DNA of 44,872 nucleotides, from assembly GCA_900547285.1 (NCBI GenBank), contig URGF01000001.1:1-44872 (forward strand), read 5' to 3'. Under the pieces are notes generated by a model, which did not search any database, was not told where the DNA came from, and worked only from the letters and a program-made list of their open reading frames with translations. Position 1 is the stretch's first letter. Each line of letters starts with the position of its first letter. The translations under genes were made by a program, and so were the position numbers. The stretch comes from an uncultured Collinsella sp. (lineage in GTDB: Bacteria; Actinomycetota; Coriobacteriia; Coriobacteriales; Coriobacteriaceae). This document shows positions 26,723-35,173 of this stretch, piece after piece.

Positions 26723-29503
26723 CTACTTACTTGCGACCGACTTTATCTTGATGGCGCGCTTGAGCGCGTACTTGCCCAGGCTTGGGAGCTTTTGCTCGTA
26801 TTTGACCATCGTTGAGCACTCGGGGCGGTCGCGATCCAGGTGGATGGCGTCAAACGCGCACTTGGTGGTGCACAGGCCGCAGCCGATGCACTTGTTGGGA
26901 TCGACGATCGAGGCACCGCAGCCCAGACAGCGGGCGGTCTCGGCGCGTACCTGTTCTTCGGTAAAGGTCTCAACATACTCGCTAAACGGCGCAGCCTTCT
27001 CGCGCTCGCGGTCCACGTGGGCAACCTCGCGGCTCGCGTTGTCGTAGCTCTCGATCACGACATCGTCGCGGTCGAGCGCGGTGTAGCGGCGCTGGTTGCG
27101 GCCGATCGTGAGCGTGGAGCCCGGCTGCACAAAGCGATGGATGGACACGGCGGCCTCGTGGCCGGCGGCGATGGCATCGATGGCAAAGCTCGGACCGGTA
27201 TAGACGTCGCCGCCCACAAAGATGTCGGGCTCGGCGGTCTGATAGGTCTGGGGATCGGCAAGGGCGCCCTGGCCGCGGCCGAGCTCTACCTTGGAGCCTG
27301 CCAGCAGGTCGCCCCACACAATGGACTGGCCAATCGACATGACCACGCGGTCGGCATCGACGCGGCGCAGGTCGTTCTCGTCGTACTCGGGCGCAAAACG
27401 GCCTTCGTCGTCAAAGACACGCGTGCAGCGCTTGAAGGTGATACCGCACACACGACCGGCCTCGTCCAGGTGGACCTCCTTGGGGCCCCAACCGCAGCTG
27501 ATGTGCGCGCCGTCCTCGATGGCCTCGCGACGCTCTTCCTCGCTGGCGGGCATCTGGGCCTCGCTCTCCAGGCAGAACATCTCAACGTGCTCGGAACCCA
27601 GACGGCAGGCGTTGCGCGCGACATCGATAGCAACGTTGCCGCCGCCCACCACGATGGTGCGGCCGGGCAGCGCGTCAATCTTGCCGCTGTTGACCTCGCG
27701 CAAAAAGTCGACGGCCACGGTCACACCCTCGGCGTCCTCGCCCGGAATGTCGGCAAGGCGGCCGCCCTGGCAGCCAATAGCCACGTAGAAGGCCTTAAAA
27801 CCCTGCGTGCGCAGCTCATCGAGCGTCACGTCACGGCCGACTTCCACGCCATAGCGGAACTCGGCACCCATCAGGCGAATGATCTCGACCTCGGCCTCGA
27901 TAACATCCTTCTGCAGCTTAAAGCTGGGAATGCCGTAGGTAAGCATACCGCCCGGGCGCTCGTTTTTCTCGAACACGACGGGCTTGTAACCCTTCTCGGC
28001 CAGGTAGAAAGCGCAAGACAGGCCGGCCGGACCGGCACCGATGATGGCGATCTTCTGGTCGAAGCCGCCGGCACGCGTCGGGGTCACCACAGGTGGGACA
28101 TAGCGGGTCGCGGCATCCAGATCGCGCTGGGCGATGAACTTCTTGACCTCGTCGATAGCCACGGCGGCGTCCACACGACCGCGGGTGCAGGCATCCTCAC
28201 AGCGGCGGTTGCACACACGGCCGCAGATAGCGGGCAGCGGGTTCTCGCGCTTGATGAGCGCCAGCGCCTCGTCATAGCGACCCTGAGCCGCGAGCTTCAA
28301 ATAGCCCTGAACGGCAACGTGCGCGGGGCAGGCCGTCTTGCAGGGAGCGGTGCCGGACTCATGCGTCTCGATGCGGTTGTCGTTGCGGTAGTTGGGCGAC
28401 CACTTGGTGTGGTCCCACTTGGTGGCATCGGGCAGCTCCTGGCGCGGATACTCGGGCACCTGTCCGCCGGCCTTTTTGCTGCAGAGCTTCTGGCCGAGCT
28501 TGGCTGCACCAGCCGGGCACACCTCAACGCAGCGACCGCAGGCCACGCACTTGTCCTTCTCGACCTTGGCGACATAGGCCGAGCGCGACAGGTTGGGCGT
28601 GTTGAACAGCTGCGAGGTGCGCAGGGCGTAGCACACGTTGACGTTGCAGTTGCAGATGGCGAAGATCTTGTTCTCGCCGTCGATGTTGGTGATCTGGTGC
28701 ACAAAGCCGTTGTCCTCGGCCTGGCGCAAGATGTCGTAAACCTCGTCGCGGGTCACGTAATGGCCACGATCGGTCTCAACCACGTAGTCGGCCATATCGC
28801 CCACGGCGATGCACCAATCGGCCGGGTCGTCGGCGCAGCCCTCACCCATCACGCGACGGCTCGCGCGGCAGCTGCAGGTGCTAGCGGCATATTTGCCATC
28901 GTATTTGTCGAGCCAATGCTCGATATGCTCGATCGGCACCGACGTGCTCGCGGCGTCAATGGCCTTCTCGACCGGAATGACGTGCATGCCGATACCGGCA
29001 CCCCCGGGCGGCACCATCGGCGTAGCACGGGACAGCGGGCCTTTGGATGCCTGTTCAAAGAACTTGGCGTAGACCGGGTGTTCCTCGAGCTGGCTCACGC
29101 GCATGTTGAGGAACTCGGCAGAACCCGGCACCAGCATGGGCAGCACCCACTGCTTGGCGCGCTCGGGGTTTTCCCAGTTGTACTCGAGCAGACCCGTGTA
29201 GCTCATATCGTCGAGCATCTTCTCGATATCGGCCTCGGGCATGCCGGTGAGCTTGACCATCTCGGGCAGCGTATAGGGACGGCGCATCTTCATCTTGCAG
29301 AGCACTTCGGCCTGTTCGTCGGTCGCAGCCTCGGCAAACGACCAGTACTCGTAGCCCAGCAGCTCGTCGCGATGCAGCAGACGGTTGGTGCAGTGCTCGC
29401 ACAGCTTGACGATTGCCTCGCGCGGATGCTCCGGTATCGGCGGCACGAACTCCGCGCCGATATCGGGCTCGGTATAGCTAATCCCCGGTCCGTTGAGAAT
29501 CAT
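26723..29503 (-). CDS. FAD/NAD(P)-dependent oxidoreductase with multiple Fe-S clusters (GltD-like core plus ferredoxin domains)
   Basis: CVACGRCVEVCP, CKTACP, CGRVCNRRCEDAC, IGAGPAG, GGGNVAID and C-terminal CIGCGLCTTKC. Start ATG 29503 chosen from the SD. Confidence 0.88.
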   Translation of the reverse strand: MILNGPGISYTEPDIGAEFVPPIPEHPREAIVKLCEHCTNRLLHRDELLGYEYWSFAEAATDEQAEVLCKMKMRRPYTLPEMVKLTGMPEADIEKMLDDMSYTGLLEYNWENPERAKQWVLPMLVPGSAEFLNMRVSQLEEHPVYAKFFEQASKGPLSRATPMVPPGGAGIGMHVIPVEKAIDAASTSVPIEHIEHWLDKYDGKYAASTCSCRASRRVMGEGCADDPADWCIAVGDMADYVVETDRGHYVTRDEVYDILRQAEDNGFVHQITNIDGENKIFAICNCNVNVCYALRTSQLFNTPNLSRSAYVAKVEKDKCVACGRCVEVCPAGAAKLGQKLCSKKAGGQVPEYPRQELPDATKWDHTKWSPNYRNDNRIETHESGTAPCKTACPAHVAVQGYLKLAAQGRYDEALALIKRENPLPAICGRVCNRRCEDACTRGRVDAAVAIDEVKKFIAQRDLDAATRYVPPVVTPTRAGGFDQKIAIIGAGPAGLSCAFYLAEKGYKPVVFEKNERPGGMLTYGIPSFKLQKDVIEAEVEIIRLMGAEFRYGVEVGRDVTLDELRTQGFKAFYVAIGCQGGRLADIPGEDAEGVTVAVDFLREVNSGKIDALPGRTIVVGGGNVAIDVARNACRLGSEHVEMFCLESEAQMPASEEERREAIEDGAHISCGWGPKEVHLDEAGRVCGITFKRCTRVFDDEGRFAPEYDENDLRRVDADRVVMSIGQSIVWGDLLAGSKVELGRGQGALADPQTYQTAEPDIFVGGDVYTGPSFAIDAIAAGHEAAVSIHRFVQPGSTLTIGRNQRRYTALDRDDVVIESYDNASREVAHVDREREKAAPFSEYVETFTEEQVRAETARCLGCGASIVDPNKCIGCGLCTTKCAFDAIHLDRDRPECSTMVKYEQKLPSLGKYALKRAIKIKSVASK

Positions 29504-29595
29504 GGTTGTCCCTTCTCTTGCCGCAGCCCGGCGTGGCCGCGGCACCCCTCTTTTTTGCAGGCCGGGCATGCCCCCATGCCGTTCACCCGCCATTG

Positions 29596-29633
29596 TTGAC
29601 ATTGTGTCAAAAATAGTATTGACGAACCGTCAA
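29596..29633. promoter_or_regulatory. Tandem palindromic operators, probably for the adjacent TetR
   Basis: Two TTGAC-N5-GTCAA boxes (29596-29610, 29619-29633) in the divergent intergenic region. Confidence 0.7.
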
Positions 29634-29691
29634 CAATATTCAAGACTGTTAGGCGAACGGTCAAGCAAAAGAGGATGAAAGGCGGCAAAAC

Positions 29692-30354
29692 ATGGGCAAC
29701 AACACAGCAGATACCTCTGTGGTCGATGCCGTCCCCGCATCCGATAGTGCGACAAAGCGCTTGACGGGCGACGAGCGCCGTCGCGAGATCCTCGCCGCCG
29801 TGCGCACCGTGAGTTCCGAGCTGGGCGTGTCCCACCTATCGGTATCGGCCGTGACCAAGCGGGCTGGCTGCACGCGCTCGCTGTTCTACCACTACTTTGC
29901 CGATATGGACGCCGCCGTCACCGCCGTTATGGACGAGGCGATCGACGGCTTTATCGCCGAGCTCGAGCAGTGGAACGCCAGCCGCACGGTTGGTGACATC
30001 GAAGGCGCACTCGACACCGTCGCTCCGCTCTTTAAGCGCCTGGTCGTGAGCGGCCACGAGTTGCCGAGCACGCTTACCTCAAGCAGCGGCGCGCTCTACG
30101 GCGGCTTTCTGCACAACGTGGTCCAGCGCGTGGCGCAATACATTTGCGACACCACCGTGGTGGACTTTGTCGCCCATCATGACCTGCGCATCGACCATGT
30201 CTACGAAACCTTCTACACCCTCATCATGGGGTTGTTGATGTATATCCGCACGCACCCCGATGTGCCCGACGAGACGGTCAAGGAAATCATCGCCTCGACA
30301 CTCCACATCGAGGGCTATACCGCCAAGTATCCGGAGCGCAAGCCCCAGAACTAA
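29692..30354 (+). CDS. TetR/AcrR-family transcriptional regulator
   Basis: RRREIL...LSVSAVTKRAGCTRSLFYHYF HTH. Confidence 0.9.
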   Translation: MGNNTADTSVVDAVPASDSATKRLTGDERRREILAAVRTVSSELGVSHLSVSAVTKRAGCTRSLFYHYFADMDAAVTAVMDEAIDGFIAELEQWNASRTVGDIEGALDTVAPLFKRLVVSGHELPSTLTSSSGALYGGFLHNVVQRVAQYICDTTVVDFVAHHDLRIDHVYETFYTLIMGLLMYIRTHPDVPDETVKEIIASTLHIEGYTAKYPERKPQN

Positions 30355-30417
30355 CGACATTTGGCCAAACTGCCCGCGATCGGAAGAGGGGCCGCGGGCG
30401 TGTGAAAGGAGAGCAGC

Positions 30418-31425
30418 ATGCTGTTCGATGTTTGGGGTAGCGATACCCTTATCCACTGGGCCGGCTGGGCCATGGTCTTTATTGGCCTCATCGTGCTCAA
30501 CGAGGTCGGCCGCCGCACCAAGCTGGGCGCGGCAATCATCTTTGGCGTGGCTCCGCTGGCCATGACCATCTATTGTGTCGCCATCGCCGTCGGCGTTTCG
30601 CAGGGTGCCGAGTGGGCGCTCACCAACCCCACTCACGTGTACCAGAACAGCTGGTTCCACTACGCCAAGGTGTACGCGGCGCTGGCCGGTTGCTGGGGCT
30701 TCATTGCCATTAAGTACCAGTGGGGCAAGATCGGCAAGGCGCATTGGTTCCGTGCATGGCCGTTTGTGATCGTCGCCATCAACATCATGATCGCCGTCGT
30801 GTCCGACTTCGAGAGCGCCTATCACTTCTTTGTCCTGGGCCAGTCCACCTGGGTCACCTCCGAGGGTGCCACGCAGCTTGCCGGCTGGAACAACGTGTTC
30901 AACGGCATCGCCGGTCTCATCAACATCTTCTGCATGACCGGCTGGTGGAGCGTCTACGCCTCCGAGGATCAGACCGATATGCTGTGGCCCGACATGACCT
31001 GGGTCTACATCATCGCCTACGATATCTGGAACTTCTGCTACACCTACAACTGCCTGCCCACCCACTCCTGGTTCTGCGGCTTTGCGCTGCTGCTGGCGCC
31101 CACCGTCGCCGCCTTTATCTGGAACAAGGGCGGCTGGATCCAGAACCGCGCCTTTACGTTGGCTATTTGGTGCATGTTTGCCCAGGTGTTCCCGTACTTC
31201 CAGGAGGAGTCCATCTTTGTGACCCACTCCACGCTCGACCCCGGCGCCGCTACCGCGGTCTCGATCGCCGCACTGGTCGCCAACGTCGCCGCGATCATCT
31301 ATATCGCCTACCGTGCCAAGAAGCTCGGCCGCAATCCCTACAAGCAGGATGTCTTTGAGGGCACCAGCGATTGGGAGAAGGCCACCGCCCGCCGTGCCAA
31401 GGTTGATTACGCTCACGCCGAGTAA
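30418..31425 (+). CDS. Polytopic membrane protein, DUF5692-like
   Basis: Multiple TM helices; SWFHYAKVY, DMLWPDM and WIQNRA motifs recalled for DUF5692 (from memory, not searched); GAAAGGAG SD. Confidence 0.7.
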   Translation: MLFDVWGSDTLIHWAGWAMVFIGLIVLNEVGRRTKLGAAIIFGVAPLAMTIYCVAIAVGVSQGAEWALTNPTHVYQNSWFHYAKVYAALAGCWGFIAIKYQWGKIGKAHWFRAWPFVIVAINIMIAVVSDFESAYHFFVLGQSTWVTSEGATQLAGWNNVFNGIAGLINIFCMTGWWSVYASEDQTDMLWPDMTWVYIIAYDIWNFCYTYNCLPTHSWFCGFALLLAPTVAAFIWNKGGWIQNRAFTLAIWCMFAQVFPYFQEESIFVTHSTLDPGAATAVSIAALVANVAAIIYIAYRAKKLGRNPYKQDVFEGTSDWEKATARRAKVDYAHAE

Positions 31426-31492
31426 CATGTTGGCCGCTGTTGGCACTTGGGCATAGGCCCGCTCACCAGGCCTTTCAATCCAATGTCTCGCA

Positions 31493-31533
31493 GAGCCCCC
31501 GAAAAGCGTTTCGCTCGCTTTCCGGGGGTTTTT
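31493..31533 (+). terminator. Intrinsic terminator
   Basis: CCCCCGAAAAGCG/CGCTTTCCGGGGG stem followed by TTTTT. Confidence 0.7.
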
Positions 31534-31662
31534 GTCGTTGCGCCTCTATTCATCTATTCAAAAACACGCGCATATATAAAATCGGATTTCAAATCATGCG
31601 GCGGCTCTATGGAGCCCCGTTTTTGGGTACATTGTTGTCCCGATATTGAGCTTGGGGGATAT

Positions 31663-33159
31663 ATGAAAGATGAGACGATGGACCAAGAGGATGCGGTCCA
31701 AGATGCAGAAGCGTGTGCCGAGGCCCTGGAGAGTCTAGACCAGATCGCGCTGGCCGAGATTACGTTTGACGATTCGAGCGTTGATGTGCAGGATGAGCCG
31801 GAAATCGAGGCGCAGTCCGATGATCAGGATGCAGACGACGTTGAGCCTGCCAAAGATGAGGCAGGTCACGAAGACACCGAAAGCGAGGCCGGCAATCAGC
31901 TCGAATCCGACACGGGCGAGGAAACCGTCTTGCTCGACAGCTTGCCGGCCGAGGATTCGCTGACCCGCGAGCTTCCTGGCCTGGGTTCCGCACCAGCCGT
32001 GGACGAGACCATCGCCATGGGCGATATTCCCCTTCCGTCCGTCCCCTCGGCACGCGAGGCCGAGGTTCGCCATCGCAAGATGTCGCCCAAGCGCCGCAAT
32101 CTGATGGTCGCCGGTGTCGTGGCCGTCGCGCTCGTCGCCGGTGGTGCAGGCTATGCTGCCTGGAACGGATATCAGCGAGAGCAGGCTGCCGCTGTCGCCG
32201 CCAATGCCCACACGATGATGTCGGTGCAGATCGGCGTACATGCCGCGGGGCTCGACTGTTCCACCGGCTCCAAGATTCCCGTACAGGTGAGTGGCCAGGA
32301 TTCTGACGGATCCTCCGTAAGCGAAACACTCTATGTTGACGAGCACGGCCGTGGCATCAAACTACTACCCGGTGACTACACGCTCTCCATCGCTGCCTCC
32401 CCCATCGCGGCCGACGGCACCGTCTATACCGTGCCGACCACCAAGGCGCAGGTCACGATCAAGAGCGACGGACAGGACCTAGGCAGCCAGGCCGCCTTTA
32501 AGCTCAAGGTGCCTTCGGCCGACACGGTAACCGACGACCAGATCGATGCCGCCGCCAAATATGCCGAGGAGGGAGGCGCGAGCTCCTCCGCCACCGCCAA
32601 GGTGCTCCAGCAGGCGGCAACCGCGCGGCGCGACGCCGCCGTCAATGCCGTGAGCGCGCAAAAGGCACAGGCGGCCCGTGATGCCGACGCCCGTCACAAG
32701 GCAACCGACCTCTACCAGCTCGATATCCCCGTCGAGTGGTACGGCAAGGTCGAGACTTGGCAAAATGGCAGTACGCTATGCATCTATCTTGCCGGCGACA
32801 GCGATACGCCGATTGTGACGCTCGTCGCGGTGCGCGAGGGCGAGAGCTTTACGCCCGATGAGGGCGATACGGTTTTGGGTGCGGCCAACCTAGGCAACGG
32901 TTATACCGTCTACGCCAGCGGCCCCGTCTATCCGTACGTGGTGCCCCAGACCATCAACGGACGGACGCAGAATCCCGTGTCGACCTACCCCATGGACACG
33001 GCCATTGAGCTTGTCGAGCTCACGACCGGCAACCGCTACACCTATAGCCAGATCAAGAACGTACTGGTCGGCAAAGACGGCAAGGCCGACGCTGCGACCA
33101 AACTAGAGACCGACTACCTCGCCCAGATTCTCCTGCCGAGCATCAAAGCCCAAGACTAG
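31663..33159 (+). CDS. Hypothetical single-pass membrane protein with acidic disordered N-terminus
   Basis: D/E-rich N-terminus, KRR plus TM helix, beta-rich extracellular part; GGGGGA SD before ATG 31663. Confidence 0.75.
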   Translation: MKDETMDQEDAVQDAEACAEALESLDQIALAEITFDDSSVDVQDEPEIEAQSDDQDADDVEPAKDEAGHEDTESEAGNQLESDTGEETVLLDSLPAEDSLTRELPGLGSAPAVDETIAMGDIPLPSVPSAREAEVRHRKMSPKRRNLMVAGVVAVALVAGGAGYAAWNGYQREQAAAVAANAHTMMSVQIGVHAAGLDCSTGSKIPVQVSGQDSDGSSVSETLYVDEHGRGIKLLPGDYTLSIAASPIAADGTVYTVPTTKAQVTIKSDGQDLGSQAAFKLKVPSADTVTDDQIDAAAKYAEEGGASSSATAKVLQQAATARRDAAVNAVSAQKAQAARDADARHKATDLYQLDIPVEWYGKVETWQNGSTLCIYLAGDSDTPIVTLVAVREGESFTPDEGDTVLGAANLGNGYTVYASGPVYPYVVPQTINGRTQNPVSTYPMDTAIELVELTTGNRYTYSQIKNVLVGKDGKADAATKLETDYLAQILLPSIKAQD

Positions 33160-33203
33160 CGGACCATGACACCTGAGTCCTGGCCTCGCAAATCCATAGA
33201 CGA

Positions 33204-34556
33204 TTAGGAAAGGAGCCACTTCCATGCGGGCGCAGCATGTACCACGCCGTGTTTGCATGGAATATCGGCCTGCTCATCCATGGTAACGATTGTCGACTCA
33301 CCAAGATCGAATTGGGCCATCGAGGCATCAAGCGCGGCAATTTCGCGCTCGCGCGTTTTCTCGCTTGCCATATCCGCACTCACCTGAATCAGGCTATAAG
33401 CCTGCATGAGAAGTGCATCCCCGGCCACAAAGTCCACCTCATGGCTTTTATTCTTCTCTTTGATCAGCAGGCGGTAGACCGAACCGGACCGCACGGCTGG
33501 AGTCCTTCTTCTGAGCGCATTGAACACCGCAGTCTCGAGCCTCTGGCCCTGATCAAATGCCGATGCGGGAGAGAATGCTCCGAACATCGCAGGATCGACA
33601 GCGTAGACTTTAGATGCGGACCGCGCATTATTTGCAAGTGAGCGCGTGAACTCCGGCACCAAAAACAACAGGTAGGCGTCCTCGTAATACTCAAGTAAGT
33701 CGCCGAGCGAATTACGACTGACGGGTATTTGCCTACTTTTGAACTCGTTGTACACCTTGTTCACTGACAGCTCTCGTGCCGAAGATGCCATACACCGCGT
33801 CAGGAACAGTGAAGCCAAACGAGGGTTCTTGATGTCGTAGCGCTCAACGACGTCCATGGCGACCGTTCGCGACGCATATTCCTGTAGCAGCTGAATCGCG
33901 TCCGCGGGCGTCTGCTCTAGCGTCGTGATGAATCCCCCTCGCTCAAGATATCCGATCAGATGATGTCGAAGCAGTGCTGCATCGCTCGATGAAAAGGGTG
34001 CATCCGGCTCAGGAACGCTCCCCGTCTTATATCGGACGTATTCCGAAAAACTCAACGGAAACAGCTCTCGCACAAGAGAGCGGCCCCTGAACTCGCTCTT
34101 AAGTTCCGAGGACAGCATCTTAGAAGAAGATCCCGTCACGTAGACGGTCGCTTTCTCCGTATCGACCACACGCCGCAGAAACGCACCCCATTCGGGAATT
34201 TCCTGGATTTCATCGAAGAAAATGTAGGCACCCTCGGTTCGAGCAGCAGGATATAGCGCATAGAATGTATCGAGCACGTCCGCTAGCAGCGACGGCTCAT
34301 ACGGACGCAAGCGCTCATCCTCAAAATTGAAATAAAGCATCCGGTCAAGCTCGATACCTTGACCCTGAAGCCGCTGCATCTCCTGATACAGGCGATACGT
34401 CTTTCCACAACGACGGGCTCCCACAATCACATTTACGATGTTGTCGCGCTTGGGTTCCTGTGGGTTTCCCAGATCAAGGTCGCGCTCAAAGACCTGTGGA
34501 ACTCCTTGTTGCTCAAAGTCCTTTATTTTCTGGGCCACCAAGTCGTTGAATGCCAT
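33204..34556 (-). CDS. AAA+ ATPase (AAA_14 plus DUF4143-type)
   Basis: GARRCGKT, FFDEIQ, VTGSS, RGR, KVYAVDP and HEVDFV...QVS motifs. Confidence 0.88.
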   Translation of the reverse strand: MAFNDLVAQKIKDFEQQGVPQVFERDLDLGNPQEPKRDNIVNVIVGARRCGKTYRLYQEMQRLQGQGIELDRMLYFNFEDERLRPYEPSLLADVLDTFYALYPAARTEGAYIFFDEIQEIPEWGAFLRRVVDTEKATVYVTGSSSKMLSSELKSEFRGRSLVRELFPLSFSEYVRYKTGSVPEPDAPFSSSDAALLRHHLIGYLERGGFITTLEQTPADAIQLLQEYASRTVAMDVVERYDIKNPRLASLFLTRCMASSARELSVNKVYNEFKSRQIPVSRNSLGDLLEYYEDAYLLFLVPEFTRSLANNARSASKVYAVDPAMFGAFSPASAFDQGQRLETAVFNALRRRTPAVRSGSVYRLLIKEKNKSHEVDFVAGDALLMQAYSLIQVSADMASEKTREREIAALDASMAQFDLGESTIVTMDEQADIPCKHGVVHAAPAWKWLLS

Positions 34557-34716
34557 GATTCTCCAATCTTGCTTATATGCTAATCAAGATTATATCGATT
34601 CTTGATTAGCAGGAGAGCAAGATTTATGCGTATCTTGATTAATTGGTGAGCATATTTTTCTGTTACTGGTCTCCCGGAGGATGTCGAACGGCTGAGGGGC
34701 CACCAAACTCGAGAGA

Positions 34717-34792
34717 ATGATTTTTCTGGGACGGGGATTTAATAATCATTTTGTACCGAATGATTATTAAATCCCCGTCCCAGAAAAATCAT
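34717..34792. repeat. Perfect 34-bp inverted repeat (REP/MITE-like)
   Basis: ATGATTTTTCTGGGACGGGGATTTAATAATCATT, 8-nt loop, exact reverse complement; partial third copy CCCCGTCCCA near 34829. Confidence 0.9.
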
Positions 34793-34848
34793 CAGGCAGG
34801 CGGGAGGGGGCAAAAGTAGCTAAAAAAGCCCCGTCCCAAATGAGCTAC

Positions 34849-35043
34849 TTAGCGCCAGGGGTCGGCTTCGAAGAGGGGCTCGCGCTCGGGGCGGCGATCG
34901 CTGTAGGGATCGTAGCCGTCGTCGTCCTCGTTCTCGGCACGGATATAGGGGTCGCGCGGCTTGGGTGCCGGCTTAGGCGCAGGCTTGGGTGCGGCGGGTG
35001 CGGCATCGGTCGCCGGCGTGTTCGTCTTGTTCTTGTCTGTCAT
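34849..35043 (-). CDS. Small hypothetical protein (64 aa; PAPK repeats, acidic C-terminal motif)
   Basis: AAGGAGA SD; strong codon bias; MTDKNK...EDDDGYDPYSDRRPEREPLFEADPWR. Confidence 0.6.
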   Translation of the reverse strand: MTDKNKTNTPATDAAPAAPKPAPKPAPKPRDPYIRAENEDDDGYDPYSDRRPEREPLFEADPWR

Positions 35044-35093
35044 CTGCGCATCTCCTTGCATCGCATCCGTTCAACATCATCGATTGTCGCACG

Positions 35094-35130
35094 AAAAAGG
35101 GCGGCGGATCCAATTGGATCCGCCGCCCTT
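35094..35130 (-). terminator. clpB terminator
   Basis: Perfect palindrome AAGGGCGGCGGATCCAATTGGATCCGCCGCCCTT with a T tract on the minus strand. Confidence 0.85.
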
Positions 35131-35173
35131 GGCGTTTTGCGATGAGGGGCGGTTTTAGAGCCGGTCCCAAAAT

